Position numbers and translations under genes: made by a program
NCBI RefSeq assembly: GCF_009914755.1
Contig: NC_060928.1
DNA from: the human T2T-CHM13v2.0 reference genome, Homo sapiens
DNA length: 64,000 nt
Direction: 5' to 3' (one strand)
The notes under the pieces: model-generated
Seen by the model: the letters and a program-made list of their open reading frames with translations, nothing else
Database searches by the model: none
What the model was told of the DNA's origin: nothing
In this document: piece by piece, positions 43,691 to 56,332 of the stretch
Numbering within the stretch: the stretch's first letter is position 1
Layout of the letters: each line of letters starts with the position of its first letter

Positions 43691-46600
43691 CTATTATTTA
43701 CACATAGCAAGCTCTGAAAATATTTTGTTGAATGAAGAATGAATGAATGAAGAATAAACCAGACTGTCCAGGAGCTGGGGATACAGCGCAGAACAAGACC
43801 AAGTCCTGCTCTTGGAGCATACATTCTTTAATTAAAATAAGGTTTATGACTGGATGCTAGAGTCACGATAGATGATGTATGGAAGCACAGGCCTCTTGGA
43901 GTCAGCTTCTGTGTGTTACCTTTATGGTAGCATGCTCTTACAGAAGACCATTCCAGGACAGAGTATAACATGGCCCATGGGTTGAACAAACCCAGGGGTG
44001 TTTTGTTTCCATCCTTATGTTTATGTTTCAATTCTAGAAGTCCTGTCAGTTTCCGTTGTGCCTGAAGCCTTTCCCAGTCGTTTCTCTTTATGAAAAACAT
44101 CAACGGAGGTTGGCGTCTGTGGGGTATATTCCAAGACCTACAATGTATGTTGTTAACCCAATTCCTTCAACCAAAGAAAATATTGTCCTAGGTTTTTGTT
44201 CCAAACAAAGAAGGTAATTTCTTCACCAACTGCCATTTTCACCCCCATCCCCCCAAATTGACGATCTGGGGTCCCACGCTCTGCTTGAGTCAAGGGTTGG
44301 CACACGACTCAAAGCTTCTGTCCTGAAGCTGTGTTACAGTCTTGCCACGCTGTGTTTGCATATGGCTGCTAGGAATCAGCTCCATGAGACCACACACAGG
44401 CATCTCACGTGAGAGGGAAAGCTGGTTCAGAAGCTACGTGGGGAGACGATGCCACATTGCTCCAGAGGGCTACAGATTTATGAACAGTTTAGCTGGAGAG
44501 AGAAGCAAGTCTTCTGAGAAAAGATTCAGGAAAATGTATTGCCAATTAAATGTGGGAGGCTTCATTCAAGATAAAGATGTCTCACGCTCACACATGAGAG
44601 ACTGATTGTTAATCCCCTGGGCCTACTGGTAGGACCAGCTTTGCATTTTATGTGACAGAGGAGGTACTGATTTCCATGAAGAAGTCAAACCCTGGCCCTA
44701 TTAACACTTAGACTTGAACCTGAATAGATCTAGAAAGATTCCTAGGAAGCAAAATGACAGATAAGGTGATTAAGCAAGTGGATGCATTTGCCATTCTTTG
44801 AAAATGTAATTTCCTGGACTTTCCACCTGTGACCCACCAGGGTGACCATTCAAGTCTGTCAAGTGCTTTGGGGCTGCAGCTTGGAGCCGAGTGGCTCTGC
44901 ACACTAAGAGAGCTGGGCCGTGCTGGGAAAGTGGATTGGAGTTGATATAATAAATAGTTCCTCATGTATATGCCAGGGGATTTCTCCTCTCAGCCGCCTT
45001 CCTTTCCTGGCCATGGAAGGAAAGGAAGTCCTGTCAGTTTCCTGAGTCAGGGGTGCTGTGTTGAAACCAGAGGGGATGGTGTCCATTAGATAGTTCCCAA
45101 AAAGAATTAGACTTTGTCCCTCAGGGAAACTGGTAGTGAAAGATGTGATTTTCAACAGAAATTCCTGGCCTAGATTTCTAACCCCACAAATCCTACCTCA
45201 AATCAGGCCACTTTCCCTCTTTTTAAATCATAACTTTGAGTCTCATCTAGGGAAAGGGGTATAGAAAGACTAAATTCACGCTTTAAAAAGTAAAGGTAAG
45301 CATGGACAGGCTTCCGGTGCTAAGCAATGCTGAAGCTCCGGTTTGAGTCCGCAGCACTGGCAGTGAACGGGGCTCATGACCAATGACAGTCCTGCCTTTC
45401 CACGGACAAAGTCAGGAAGCCTCATGAGGAAACAGACCAGAGGAGGCCAGAAGGGCAGAAGAAAGAGAGGACCCTGCAGGAATGTTCAAATAAACTCCGT
45501 GGAGTCCTTAATGTCCTCATTTTTAAAGAAAAGCAACTTGAACCCAAGGAGACTTTGTCTGAAGCCACAAGGTTTAGATCTCACCACAGCCCGGAGTAGA
45601 ACCCGTGTCTCCCACTTCTGGTCCATCCTGACTCTCCTCCCATGAATATCTCCAAGAGATGGAGAGGAGCGAGCCAGCCAGAGCCCAGGATCAGCATGTG
45701 AGCATGAAAAGGAAGGGAACTCGTGTGAGGAGACAAGTGGTTGGATTTGGCAAAGAACTGAGAAAATATAAAATATGGCTGAGTAAAATACAAGGTAATC
45801 TCATTTTGGCAGAAGCATTGCCTTTTTATTTCATGTTATTAAAAATCATATTCTCTTGCTGACCATGAAACCACCTGGAAGCAGGGGTGCTAAAATAGAA
45901 AACCTACCACACACCATGTCGCCTCAGGGAACCGCCGTCTCTGAGAAATTTTCCAGACTCTCTGTTATAAGTGGCTTGAACTCTCAAACCTAATATCTCT
46001 TGGGTAATACAAAAGAAGTTGTTTAAACCACCAGAGTACTGGATTACTCACCGATCTGGAATTTAGTGAAAAGGTAAACCATAGAGTTTAAGTATGGTGC
46101 CTTCTTGCCCCTCACAATATTTGACAGAGTTTGCAAAATACTTAATTCCTTCCATTTCTGCTTTGTGCTTCTAGAACTTATCCTGGTTTGTGTGTGGGCT
46201 GTCACTGGGGAGAAGAGAGCAGAGAGAATCGGGGAGATATGTTTGAGCTGATCTCCCTCATTTTCATTTGGATGTTTCATCTGCTCTAAGACTAAAAATA
46301 TCACCCTTGATAGATTGGCAGCAGGAATTTCTTTTCTGTTTGGAGTGGAAATGAGATGGGGAAGAGAACAGCTAAAAAGGAAAGCTGGCTAACTATTTAG
46401 GATACAGCAGCTTCAAGAAACTTTAAAACATATACAAGGAGGCATTTATAGAGTGCTTACTAAGTGTCAGGGAGCATGAGACACATTGAGTGGGATGTAG
46501 GGTGAGTCAGACCCTGCCCTCATTGGGACCACCATGCCCTCCCAGGTCCCCATAACCAAGTATAATCAGAAGCAACTTGTCCAGAGCTGCATCTTGGTGG

Positions 46601-47508
46601 TCTGGGGCAGTATCCCAGATGTGACTTATCAAAAGAGGCCTGTTTAAGCCATTTTTCACAACTGTGCAGCCTTGACCATTTGAGATAAGTAGCTAAGTGT
46701 CTGATGTTGAATCCTCTCTTTTATGCTCAACCCCAGAAGCGCTTATTGTTCACATTGTCCATTGAGACACACAAAGGAGGGTTTAAAAAATAGTTACCCA
46801 GGAGGTTGCTTAGTCTGAAGGAAGCCTGGAAAGGCAGTGGCTCATGTACTATGGGTGTCTATGTGTGCAGGCGTATGCCACGTGCATATGCAGCTACAAG
46901 ATCACTGTCTAAGGGAGAGACACGTAGATGCCTATGTAGGATGGCGGCCCTGAGAGCTGCTTCCTTAGAAGTCAGAAGGAAGAGGCAGCATGATGTTGTG
47001 GGGAGCACAGGATTTTGTACTCATAGTTCTTCCATTTATGGGCCCTGTAATCTTGAACAAGTAATTTAATATCTCAGAGCCTTGGTTTCCTCATTTGTAA
47101 AATAGAAACAATTGTGACTACTTTATAGGGTTTTATGAGGATTAATTGGAATAGTGTTTGAACGTACCTAGCACTGAGCATAGCACAAAATACGGTAGAC
47201 ATTTGGGAAATGTACGTTCTGCTCCCTGCTTGACTGAATCCGGCTACTTGTAATAAAGGAAGACAATAGGAGTGCTACAGAGATAGGCCATCCATTGTCT
47301 TCTCAGATCCTGACTCTGCCAACTGGAGGCAGTGTGTTGAGAACGCAGAGCGATGGAGGGGGAAGCAGAAGCCCTCTGTTCTGGTCCTGATCCACTCACT
47401 TCCTGACTAGTTGACCTCAGGCAAGGCACTTAACTTCTCTAGATGAAAGTTCTCTCATCTGTAAAATGCCTGTACATAACTCCTAACGTGACTGTAAAGA
47501 TCAATTGA

Positions 47509-49479
47509 AGGCATCAAGATTAGGAAGGAAGAAGTAACTGCCTTTATCTGCAGAAAATATGATCTTGTATATTCTTGTATGCAGAAAATCCTCAGGAATA
47601 CACAAAAAACTTTTAACTAATAAACAAATTCAGTAAGGTAGGAAGATAATTACAGTTTATATACTGCAAAAATAAAATTCTGAAGATAATTCCATTCACA
47701 TTAACGTCAAAAAGAATAAAACATTTAGCAATATTTAGCAAAAGAAGTACCAAATGTACGCTGAAAGCTACAAAGCATTGCTGAAGGAAACTGCAACAAC
47801 CCAAATACATGGAAAGACAGCCCATATTCATGGATCAGAAGACTTAGTATTGTTAAGATGGCAATACTACCTAAGTTGGACTACAGATTCAACACAATCC
47901 TTATCCAAATTCCAGCTGGCTTTGGCAAAAGTTGACATGTTCTTCCCAAATTTAATATGAAAGTACAAGTGACTTGGAATAGCCAAAACAATCTTAAAAA
48001 GAACAAAATTAAAGGATTTATGTATACTGATTTTGAAACTTTCTACAAAGCGTGGCAATCATGATAGTCTGATCTCACCATAAGGATACACCTAAACATC
48101 AAGAGATTATTGGAATAAAATTGAGAGCCCAAGAATAATCTCTAATATTTATGATCAATTGATTTTTGACAAAGCTGTCAGAAATAGTCAATGGAAAAGG
48201 AATAGTCTTTTTCACAAATAGTGCGGGGACAACTACCTCACACTGTATATAAACATTAATTCAAAAGGGTTCACAAACTTAAATGTAAGAGCTAGAAATT
48301 TTCTTTGTCTTATAAGAAAACATAGGAGTAAATCATCACGATGTTGGGTTAGGCAATTATTTTGTAGTTATGACACAAAAAGTACAAGTCGTAAAAGGAA
48401 AAGTTGATAAATAGGACTTCATCAACAATAAATGCTTTTGTACAGCAAGACATCCCATGAAGAAAGTGAAAAGACAACTCACAGCCTGGAAGAAAAATAC
48501 ATGCCAATCATATATCCCATAAGGAATTTATATCTAGCATATAGAAAGAACTCCTACAACTAAAAATAAAATGACAATCTAATTTTTAAAATGAGTAAAG
48601 GGATTTGTATAAACATTTCTCCAAAGAAATTATCACACAGTCCACAAGCACATGAAAAGAAAATGCTCAACATCATTAGTTTTTAGGGAAATGCAAATAA
48701 AACAACCATGAAATGCCACTTCATAACCCTGGAATGGCTTTGATAAAAAAGACAATAATGGCTCTTTTATCAGAGTGGCTCTAATTTTAAAAAGATAATA
48801 ACAAGTGTTGGTGAGGTTGTGGAGATGTCAGAACCTCACACATTGCTGGTGAAAATGTAAAATGGTGCAGCCATTTTGAAAAATGGTTTGGCAATTTCTC
48901 AAAATGTTAAACACAGAATTATCCTATGATGCAACAATTTCACTCTTACGTATCTATTCAGGAGAAATGACAACATATATTCACACAAAGGCTTGTGCAC
49001 AAATGTTCACAGCAGTATTATTCACAATGGCCACAAAGTGGAAACAACCCAAATGTTCATCGATTGGTGAATGAATAAGCAAAATGTGGCCTATCCACAC
49101 AGTGCAATAGTTGGCAATAAAAGGAGAAACATACTAATGCAACATGAACGAACCTCAGAATCATTAGAGTTACTGAATGAAAGCAGCCAGACCCAACAGA
49201 ACACATATTGTATGATTCCATGTGTATGAAATGTCCAGAAAAGGCAAATCTATAAAGGCAGAGTTGGAGGTTGCTTAGGGCTGGAGGTGAGGATGGGAAG
49301 CAACTGCAGGGCACAAAGTTTCCTTTTGGGGTGATAAAAATATTCTAAATAAAAGTATACTGTGGCAGTGGTTGCACATCTCTGTAAATATACTAAAAAT
49401 AACTGGGTTGTACTCTTAAAATGGCTAGATTTTATAACATGTAAATTATACCTCAGTAAAGCTATTAGTAATCATTTTA
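47509..49479 (+). mobile_element. 5'-truncated L1MB (MB7/8-like) inserted in a MIR
   Basis: ORF2 3' remnants (MVWQFLKMLNTELSYD...KWKQPKC) and L1MB 3'UTR. Perfect 13-bp TSD AAAGATCAATTGA at 47496-47508 and 49480-49492. Confidence 0.9.
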
Positions 49480-50274
49480 AAAGATCAATTGAGATCACCA
49501 CTATAGATCCATATATGGGATCTAATTAGCATATGGAAATTAGGTTACATTCTCCAGATTCCCAGCTATGTAGGCAAATACCAACCTCCAAAGCTCCAAA
49601 TGCAGAATTTACCTACAAAGCATTTTTCCTCCTTTCCAGCTCCCTAGGGGTTTTGCAAACTCTGCTGCTGAGGTACAAATCCCCTAACCTAAGGGTGTTT
49701 TCATTTCTTATATTCTTTAATTGTTCAGTTTGATGCTACTGACTTTCTTCTATTAGAAGCTTTGCCTTTCCTTGATTGCTTTGGCCTTGCTGAGATCCTA
49801 ATGCTATTTTTGGCCTCTGTTGCCACGGTCCCTGATAGCTCTTTGCCTCTTCCTTGTCTCCTTTGATACCTCTTCTTCCACACTGTGCCCACTGAATGTG
49901 AGCATGGTCCCCGAGGTTCCTCTTTCTTACCATCATGGTCCCTCATCTACTCAGATGATTTCCCACTCCTCGGTCAGCATCTCCGGGCCTTCGCGGCTGC
50001 TAAGAAGTCACCACCTGAATGTCCCGCAAGCGTCGCAGTGCGAGAATATAAACGATTCACTGAGATGCTGTACTGAGATGTTTCACTGCACATTAATTAG
50101 CATGTTTCTCCCTGCGTGCTCCCCCTCATCTTCCTGTGTTTCTGGAGCAACGAACAGTCACGATGACTGCTGGATGCACCCCTCCTGAGTGCATTTGAGC
50201 ACATCGTGACAATGTTTCTGGCAGGGAGGAAAGAAAGCCACATGCCTTTCAGAGAAGACAAGAAGACAAGAAGG

Positions 50275-50451
50275 CAAGAGAGGCTACATAATTCGCAGGG
50301 CCTAGTGAAGAATGAAAATGTGAGATCCTTCATCCACAAATTATTAAGAATTTCAAAACAGTGACAACAGTGCATTAAACCAAGCACAGGGTCCTAATAA
50401 GCACAGAGCCCCTGTGGGACTGCACAGGTCCCACCCGCGAGGGTGGCCCTG
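50275..50451 (+). mobile_element. MER91A-like hAT MITE
   Basis: GGCTACATAATTCGCAGGGCCTAGTG...AAATTATTAAGAATTTCAAAACAGTGACAACAGTGCATTAAACCAAGC...GGCCCTG. Confidence 0.8.
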
Positions 50452-50837
50452 GTGAGAAGTCTTCTTCCCAGACCAGGGAGGAAAAAGAAGGAGTCAACCT
50501 GTCCCGGGAGTGTAGGAGACACGCCCTGCTTGGTGGCAGAACCCACACGGGAGGACTGATGTCTGTGAGATACAATGGGGAAGGCTGGCGTCATGGCACA
50601 AGGTTGTCCAGCCCAAAGCCACAGAACCTGGTCTCTGGAGACACATGGACTGGCACATGGGCGTTTGGTGGGAACGAGTATGGAGCAATGACCAGTGCTG
50701 CTGCCCCAACTCCGTGGGACTGCCTATGACCTAAGGACCTTTCCTAGACCTCAGCAGGAAAAAGACGCCCCACACCTAACCAGCAGTGATCAAAACTGAA
50801 ATGCTGATAAGCCCAGTGGCTTGGGAGTCAGAGTCAG

Positions 50838-51560
50838 ATTTTTTTTTATCATGGTAAAATATACGTAACACAAAAATGTACCATTTGAACCATTTTTAAA
50901 AATTTCTAATTTCTAATTTTTTATTTATTTTTGTATGTTGATTTTTTGTAACTTTTATTTTAAGTTCAAGGGTACAAGTGCAGGTTTGTTACCTAAGCAA
51001 ACTTGTGTCACGAGGGTTTGTTGTACGGATTATTTCATCACCCTGGTATTAAGTCTAGTACCCAATAGTTATTTTTCCTGATCCTCTCCCTCCTCCCACC
51101 CTCCGCTGTCCGATAGGCCCCAGTGTGTGTTGTTTCCCTCTATGTGTCCATGTGTTCTCATCATTCAGCTCCCACTCATAAGTGACAACATGTGGTATTT
51201 GGTGTTCTGTTCTTGCATTAGTTTGCTAAGAATAATGGTCTCCAGCTTCATCCATGTCCCTGCAAAGGACATGATTAACCATTTTTAAGTGCACACTTCA
51301 GTGGCATTAAGTACATTCACACTGCTGTATAATCATCACCACGTCTGGCTCCAGAATGTCTTATTATCCTAAACTGGAAACTCTGTACCCCTTAAAACTA
51401 ACTCCCATTCCCCGTCCCCACAGCCCCTGGCAACTCGCCTTCTACGCTCTGTCTCTGTGAATTTGACCACTCTAGGTAACCTGATATAAGTGGAATCATA
51501 CAATATTTGTCCTTTTGTTTCTGGCTGATTTCACTTAGATGAATGTGTTCAAGGATCATG
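50838..51560 (-). mobile_element. L1MB 3' end with a nested L1PA fragment
   Basis: GGTAAAATATACGTAACA...TTAAGTGCACACTTCAGTGGCATTAAGTACATTCAC...AAGTGGAATCATACAATATTTGTCC. Confidence 0.82.
50900..51276 (-). mobile_element. L1PA (PA13-like) 3' fragment
   Basis: Primate L1 3'UTR. Perfect 12-bp TSD AACCATTTTTAA at 50888-50899 and 51277-51288. Confidence 0.9.
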
Positions 51561-54500
51561 GATAGATTTAGGTTTATTTAAATAAAAACTGAGAAATGCA
51601 GTATTTCTTATACACCCAAGTCTGTGAACTTGAATTCACTGTACACACAGAGTAATTTATTAATCTTCCCCTAGGGTTAGCTTAGACTCTCATCTGACCC
51701 AAGACTTCTTTCTCTCTAATCCTCCACATCCAGCTGGTCCCGCAGGTCCTTCTCCACAGAGCTGATCAACTGCTTGACCTGAGGTTCATTCTGGCCCTGG
51801 GAACTCAACCCCCAGGCTCCATCATTTTCAACTTAGACTTGAGTGGCCTCCCTTGGCCCTGAAACTTGCCCTGCTCAGAGATGTCACAGTCATCATCCCA
51901 AAGCCCAGCTCTGGTCTTCAAACGCTCCTTGTCACCCCATCTCTGCCCCTTGGCTTGTGCCATGCTGTTCACCCACGAGGCCCTTCCTCCAGGTTTCAAG
52001 CTGTCCGGATCCTTCAGGCTTTACTCAAATAACTGTCGCCTCAGCGAACCTTCCCTCTTCACATACACTCTCAGAAATGAGCTGTGCTTCCCCTGTGCCT
52101 GTTCTATCCTGTACGACGATTATATTCATTTTGACACATATTTAATTGCTTCAACTTTATTCAAGCTTGTTCAGGACAGAGGCCATGTCCTGGCATCTTA
52201 AGAACTCTTACAAAGTAGAAATTCAGTATATTCTTGAATGGATATTATTCATGTATGAATGCAATGTATGACTATGTATGTCAATACTATATGTTGGTGT
52301 AATTACCAAAATCTGTGGTTCAGACAGTAAGTGGAAAAGGAGTTAGCAAGTGGATGAAAATAACAAGATCTCAAGGCACCATCCATCTCTGAAATGTTAC
52401 AATCTACATGTCAAAGCCTTTTGGAAGGAGGGCATCTTATTTTGGCTTGAAAGAGAAAGACAGGTGGAGGAAAGCCAGGGCTTGGGCTGTGGGTGTGGTA
52501 GAGGATGGGAGTAAAGCTCTTACAGAAAGAATAGATGGTATCAACAAAGAGAAGGACTGAGAGTTCCCAGAGAGGCCTCCAACAAAAACCAGGAGGTGAA
52601 AAGGGAGAGGTGAAGAGATCATGGTTTAAATTCCATCCCAACAGGCGTCTCACAACTGGCTGCAAGAACCCTGATGGTCCTCTGGTTTGAAGGTTAGGGA
52701 TCAGTCTGATGTCCCCTGAGGGAATCTCATGAGGTCAACTTTCAAGACCCCCCCACAGCTAGCCAGTCAGTTCAAAAGAACAGGCAAACAGGTGGTTGGG
52801 GATTGGGTAAAGTCTCTTTGTTTTTATTAGATTCTTTTAGCTTTTAGCTGGACGTTATAATACATGTTGACACAGGCTGAGAGTGAATTCCTTGGAATGT
52901 GCTTTTCTTATCTGTTCCATCAGAGCTTGATGGGATTATGTAAAGGGTGTAAGCAGCCAGTCTTCAGTTATTATTCACGGCACTAGAAAATAGAGAGGAT
53001 GGCCAAGCTGAGTCCAGAAACCAGCCACAATCTTCTACGTGGCTCCACCTCCCCCTGGGCCAAATTGTTGATGAAATCTACACATGCACCACACACTCTC
53101 TCTCTCTCACTGCTTTGAATCTCATCTCCATCTCAGATTGTACCTCCCGGGAGATGTTAATGAGGCTGAAGAAAGAAGCAAAAGCAACCCAGGGAAGTTC
53201 AGCATTGAAAGAGTAGAGTACTCAGAATAAGGTCGAGAGCTCAGGCAAAAAGGGCAACTTGGGTACATGGCGAGAGGGGCTGGAAGAGAATGCCTGGGCT
53301 TCCGTCCCTGATCATCTAAGGGATGCCAGATGCTGGCCCCGGCTTGGAAACCTGCACTTGGTGTGGTTTTTCTCCCTTTATCTGGTTCCGGATCTGCATC
53401 TTTGGCCTCTGTGTCCTGCACAATAACACAAATGCACTAGCATCTCTAAGTCATCCTCTGCTTTTGGCATTTTGTAATTCTGAATGCCTTTGGGGGAAAT
53501 TTGGATTGGGATGTAGTGGATTTTGTTACATATTCCCAAGCTCATTCATATAGTTTTAGTGTTATATCTTACACAGAAAAATGCATGCTAAAATAGACTA
53601 TGAAAGTCACTCATAGAAATGTGCAAGGAGGGATGTCATGGTTTGGGACAAGGCCAGCCAGCTAAGCTGCAGGGGAATGGGCCAGACTGGGAGTAACTGG
53701 AACCTGGAATTAGATCCTCCCACAGAGACCAGTGAACACCAGAGATAGCTCTGGGTGCTGGGAAGTCCAGGACAACAGGATGAACACAGCAGTGGTGTTG
53801 CTGTCGGCCTTAAGGGCGAGAGAGGCATCCAGTATGAAGATGAGGGGAGAGGACTTAGAGGCCCATGGAGCTTGGCCAGAAGAATCCAGAAGCCAGTGAG
53901 ATCAAAACAGGCATATGATGCACTGGGCAGTTTGTTAGAAAAGAGTGCAACCTCAGCCAACAGACGGGGCTTGGCAGCAAAACTCCAGAGCCTTGTAGAA
54001 AGATGGGGAACCCAAGGCTTCTGCCACAGAGCTGGGAAAAGCCCAGGCCCTGGCTCTGAGCCAGTGCAGTCCAACAAACACAAATCAATGTCTTCTCTGA
54101 GCAAGCACTGGGCCCCAACGTGGAGACGGTCCACACTCCACTGCCCCTGAGGGAGTGTAGACCAACAGTAGTGGGGATTACTGCAAGGACAGGTCTTGCC
54201 TGCAGGGACCCACCTGCGAAATGGGAGCCCTTCCGAGGCTGTACACTAGGGGAGGTCTCATAGATGGCCTTTAGTCCTGCTTCTCAGAGGGGCAGTGGCA
54301 GCTCCCAGAGGTGGTGGCACTGAGAGAAGGATAGTGACAAAAACCTCGAGCTTGGGTGTCCTGAGCCCTGGCTGGTCACCGTTTGCAAGTCTGCAGTGCA
54401 GACTGAGAAAACCAAACCAAAGCACAAAACATTGCTTTAGGTCCACTAGATTGAGGAACATGTATTTCAAAACTCTTTGAATGTGAATGTATTTCCCTAA

Positions 54501-55755
54501 ATCACAAGTGGGGATTTAATCAATATTGAACAAAATGTCTGCTTGTTCTACTAGAGTTGAGCAAGTCTCATTAGATCTGATACAAATTTTTCACTTAATA
54601 TTGCAAATAGGTAAGTAATCCACATTGTTCAAAAACATAGGCAACAAGATGTCTGTGTCCCATCTTGTCTCTCATCTGTCCAGTTGCCATCCAGATAGGT
54701 ACCATGATTCCTGGTTTCTTAGGCATCTTCAAAGGTATGTTTTCCCTCCAACTGGCAAGTACCCTATGCTGGGGCCCTGATGACCTGAATGGCTGTGTCT
54801 CCTTGCAGGGGCTCTGGGAAGAGTCTGGCTGAACAGAGAAGGAGAGAGGCCGCCTCCATGCCACGAAGCATATGTGACCAGAGACCAAGGGAACACGCAT
54901 GAATGGTTTTAACATAACTGGCTACTCAACACACAGATCACGCTGCTTGGAACGTCTCAGGCTAAGTGACATGGCAGCATTTTCCAGGGGCTGCTGGAGC
55001 CGAGGCGTCTTCTCTCAGGCTCCCTGATGCCTTGACGTGCCCCAGCCTCAAAGTTACCCATCTTCCCTCTTTGGTGGGCTCTGTGATGAGATATCTCACG
55101 GGCTGGGGGGCTGTTGTCAGGAGTCTGGGCTGCCAGGCAGGGGTTGAAGTGGGCTGGGGGGCAGGTTCCAGGCTAGGCCCATGGTCTGCTAGTGAGTGGC
55201 TGAAGAACACAATATTTGAGGTTTTCTCCCAAACATTTACGTTTCTGTACGGTGGCTGCTTTCAACCTTTAAAGAATAATGTTTTCTCAAGTCCACCTGT
55301 GAAAGCCAAATCCTTAGACACACAGAGGATCTTTCAGGGAAAGCTAGACATGCGGCAGAGCTGATGGGCTACTGTGATTGATTTGTGTTCAGAACCTGGA
55401 AGGAGAGCCCAAGGCTTGGGTGCCACTTAGGCAAATTCTGTGGGTGTCTCCACCGTGACATCCACAGACACAGGACTTCTGTCTGCTGCCGTCCACCCTT
55501 CCCTCAGGCCAGTCCTTGTTAGGGGCCATCAGTGTCCAGTGGGATTAACTATAGAGCACTTTCTTCATATGTACAAAACAGGTCGAATTGGAGCTACTGT
55601 GATCATAAAACAGGGCAAGGGACACAGCGTCTCGCTGGGAGCCCACCCCAGTCCCCCCACTTTCCGTCTGCTCCCACTCAGTGGGCCCTAAGAACCTCTC
55701 TATGGTATTTCCAGCACCTAGAACACTCCCAGCACACATCCCTGATATCATAATT

Positions 55756-56332
55756 TGTGCTCCTAATGTCTCAAAATGGAGTCACTCATGCCAAATATCA
55801 GTAAGCCCACTGTGAAGCTGTCTCCCTCCTCAAAGCGATATACACATATGCAATGGACTGAAGTGATGACACCTGCTGCTGCCCAGTGCCACCCAACCCT
55901 GAAACAGACCAATAGAAAGTGAAAGGTGGCTTAGATGATGAGAGCAAACTCATCTGGGAGGACAATAAAAGCAGCCAAGAACTGGCCTCGTTCAAGACAC
56001 CCTTAGAGCCTCTGCCCATGAGAGCTCTGAAGCCTTCTCCCAATTTTGGCATCTGATGCCAGAAGCAGTGAGGACCCCGTTGACCAGCGTCCCAAGGACG
56101 TCCGGACCCACTAGGCACATCTGTTGGTGTGCTGCTCTCCCGAGCCATCACCGCGTTTCCTTACCACACTGTTATTACTGCTTGTGTGTTGGTTAATTAC
56201 ATGATCCGTGGTGCGTGAAGGCCTCTCAACAAAAGGTGGATTCAAGCATATGTAATTGGCTATCGAGTCACTGTGAACCTTTCTGGCTTCGGTTGGGGTT
56301 AGCACACCTAGGTGGCCAGAACCTAATTAACA
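55756..56332 (+). mobile_element. Unclassified LTR-like element inserted in an L2 3' end
   Basis: TG...CA bounded, with AAAATGGAGTCAC near the 5' end and a CCAAT. L2 terminal sequence is split on either side (CCAGCACCTAGAACAC... / ...GCACTCACTAAATG). No clean TSD. Confidence 0.45.

Noticed and set aside
49504-49524. Short hairpin TAGATCC-ATATATG-GGATCTA
   Set aside because: A 7-bp stem is expected by chance in 64 kb and is too short for a pre-miRNA or MITE.
53607-54150. 175-aa and 131-aa antiparallel ORFs
   Set aside because: Non-ATG starts, no recognisable domain, and no supporting exon signals.
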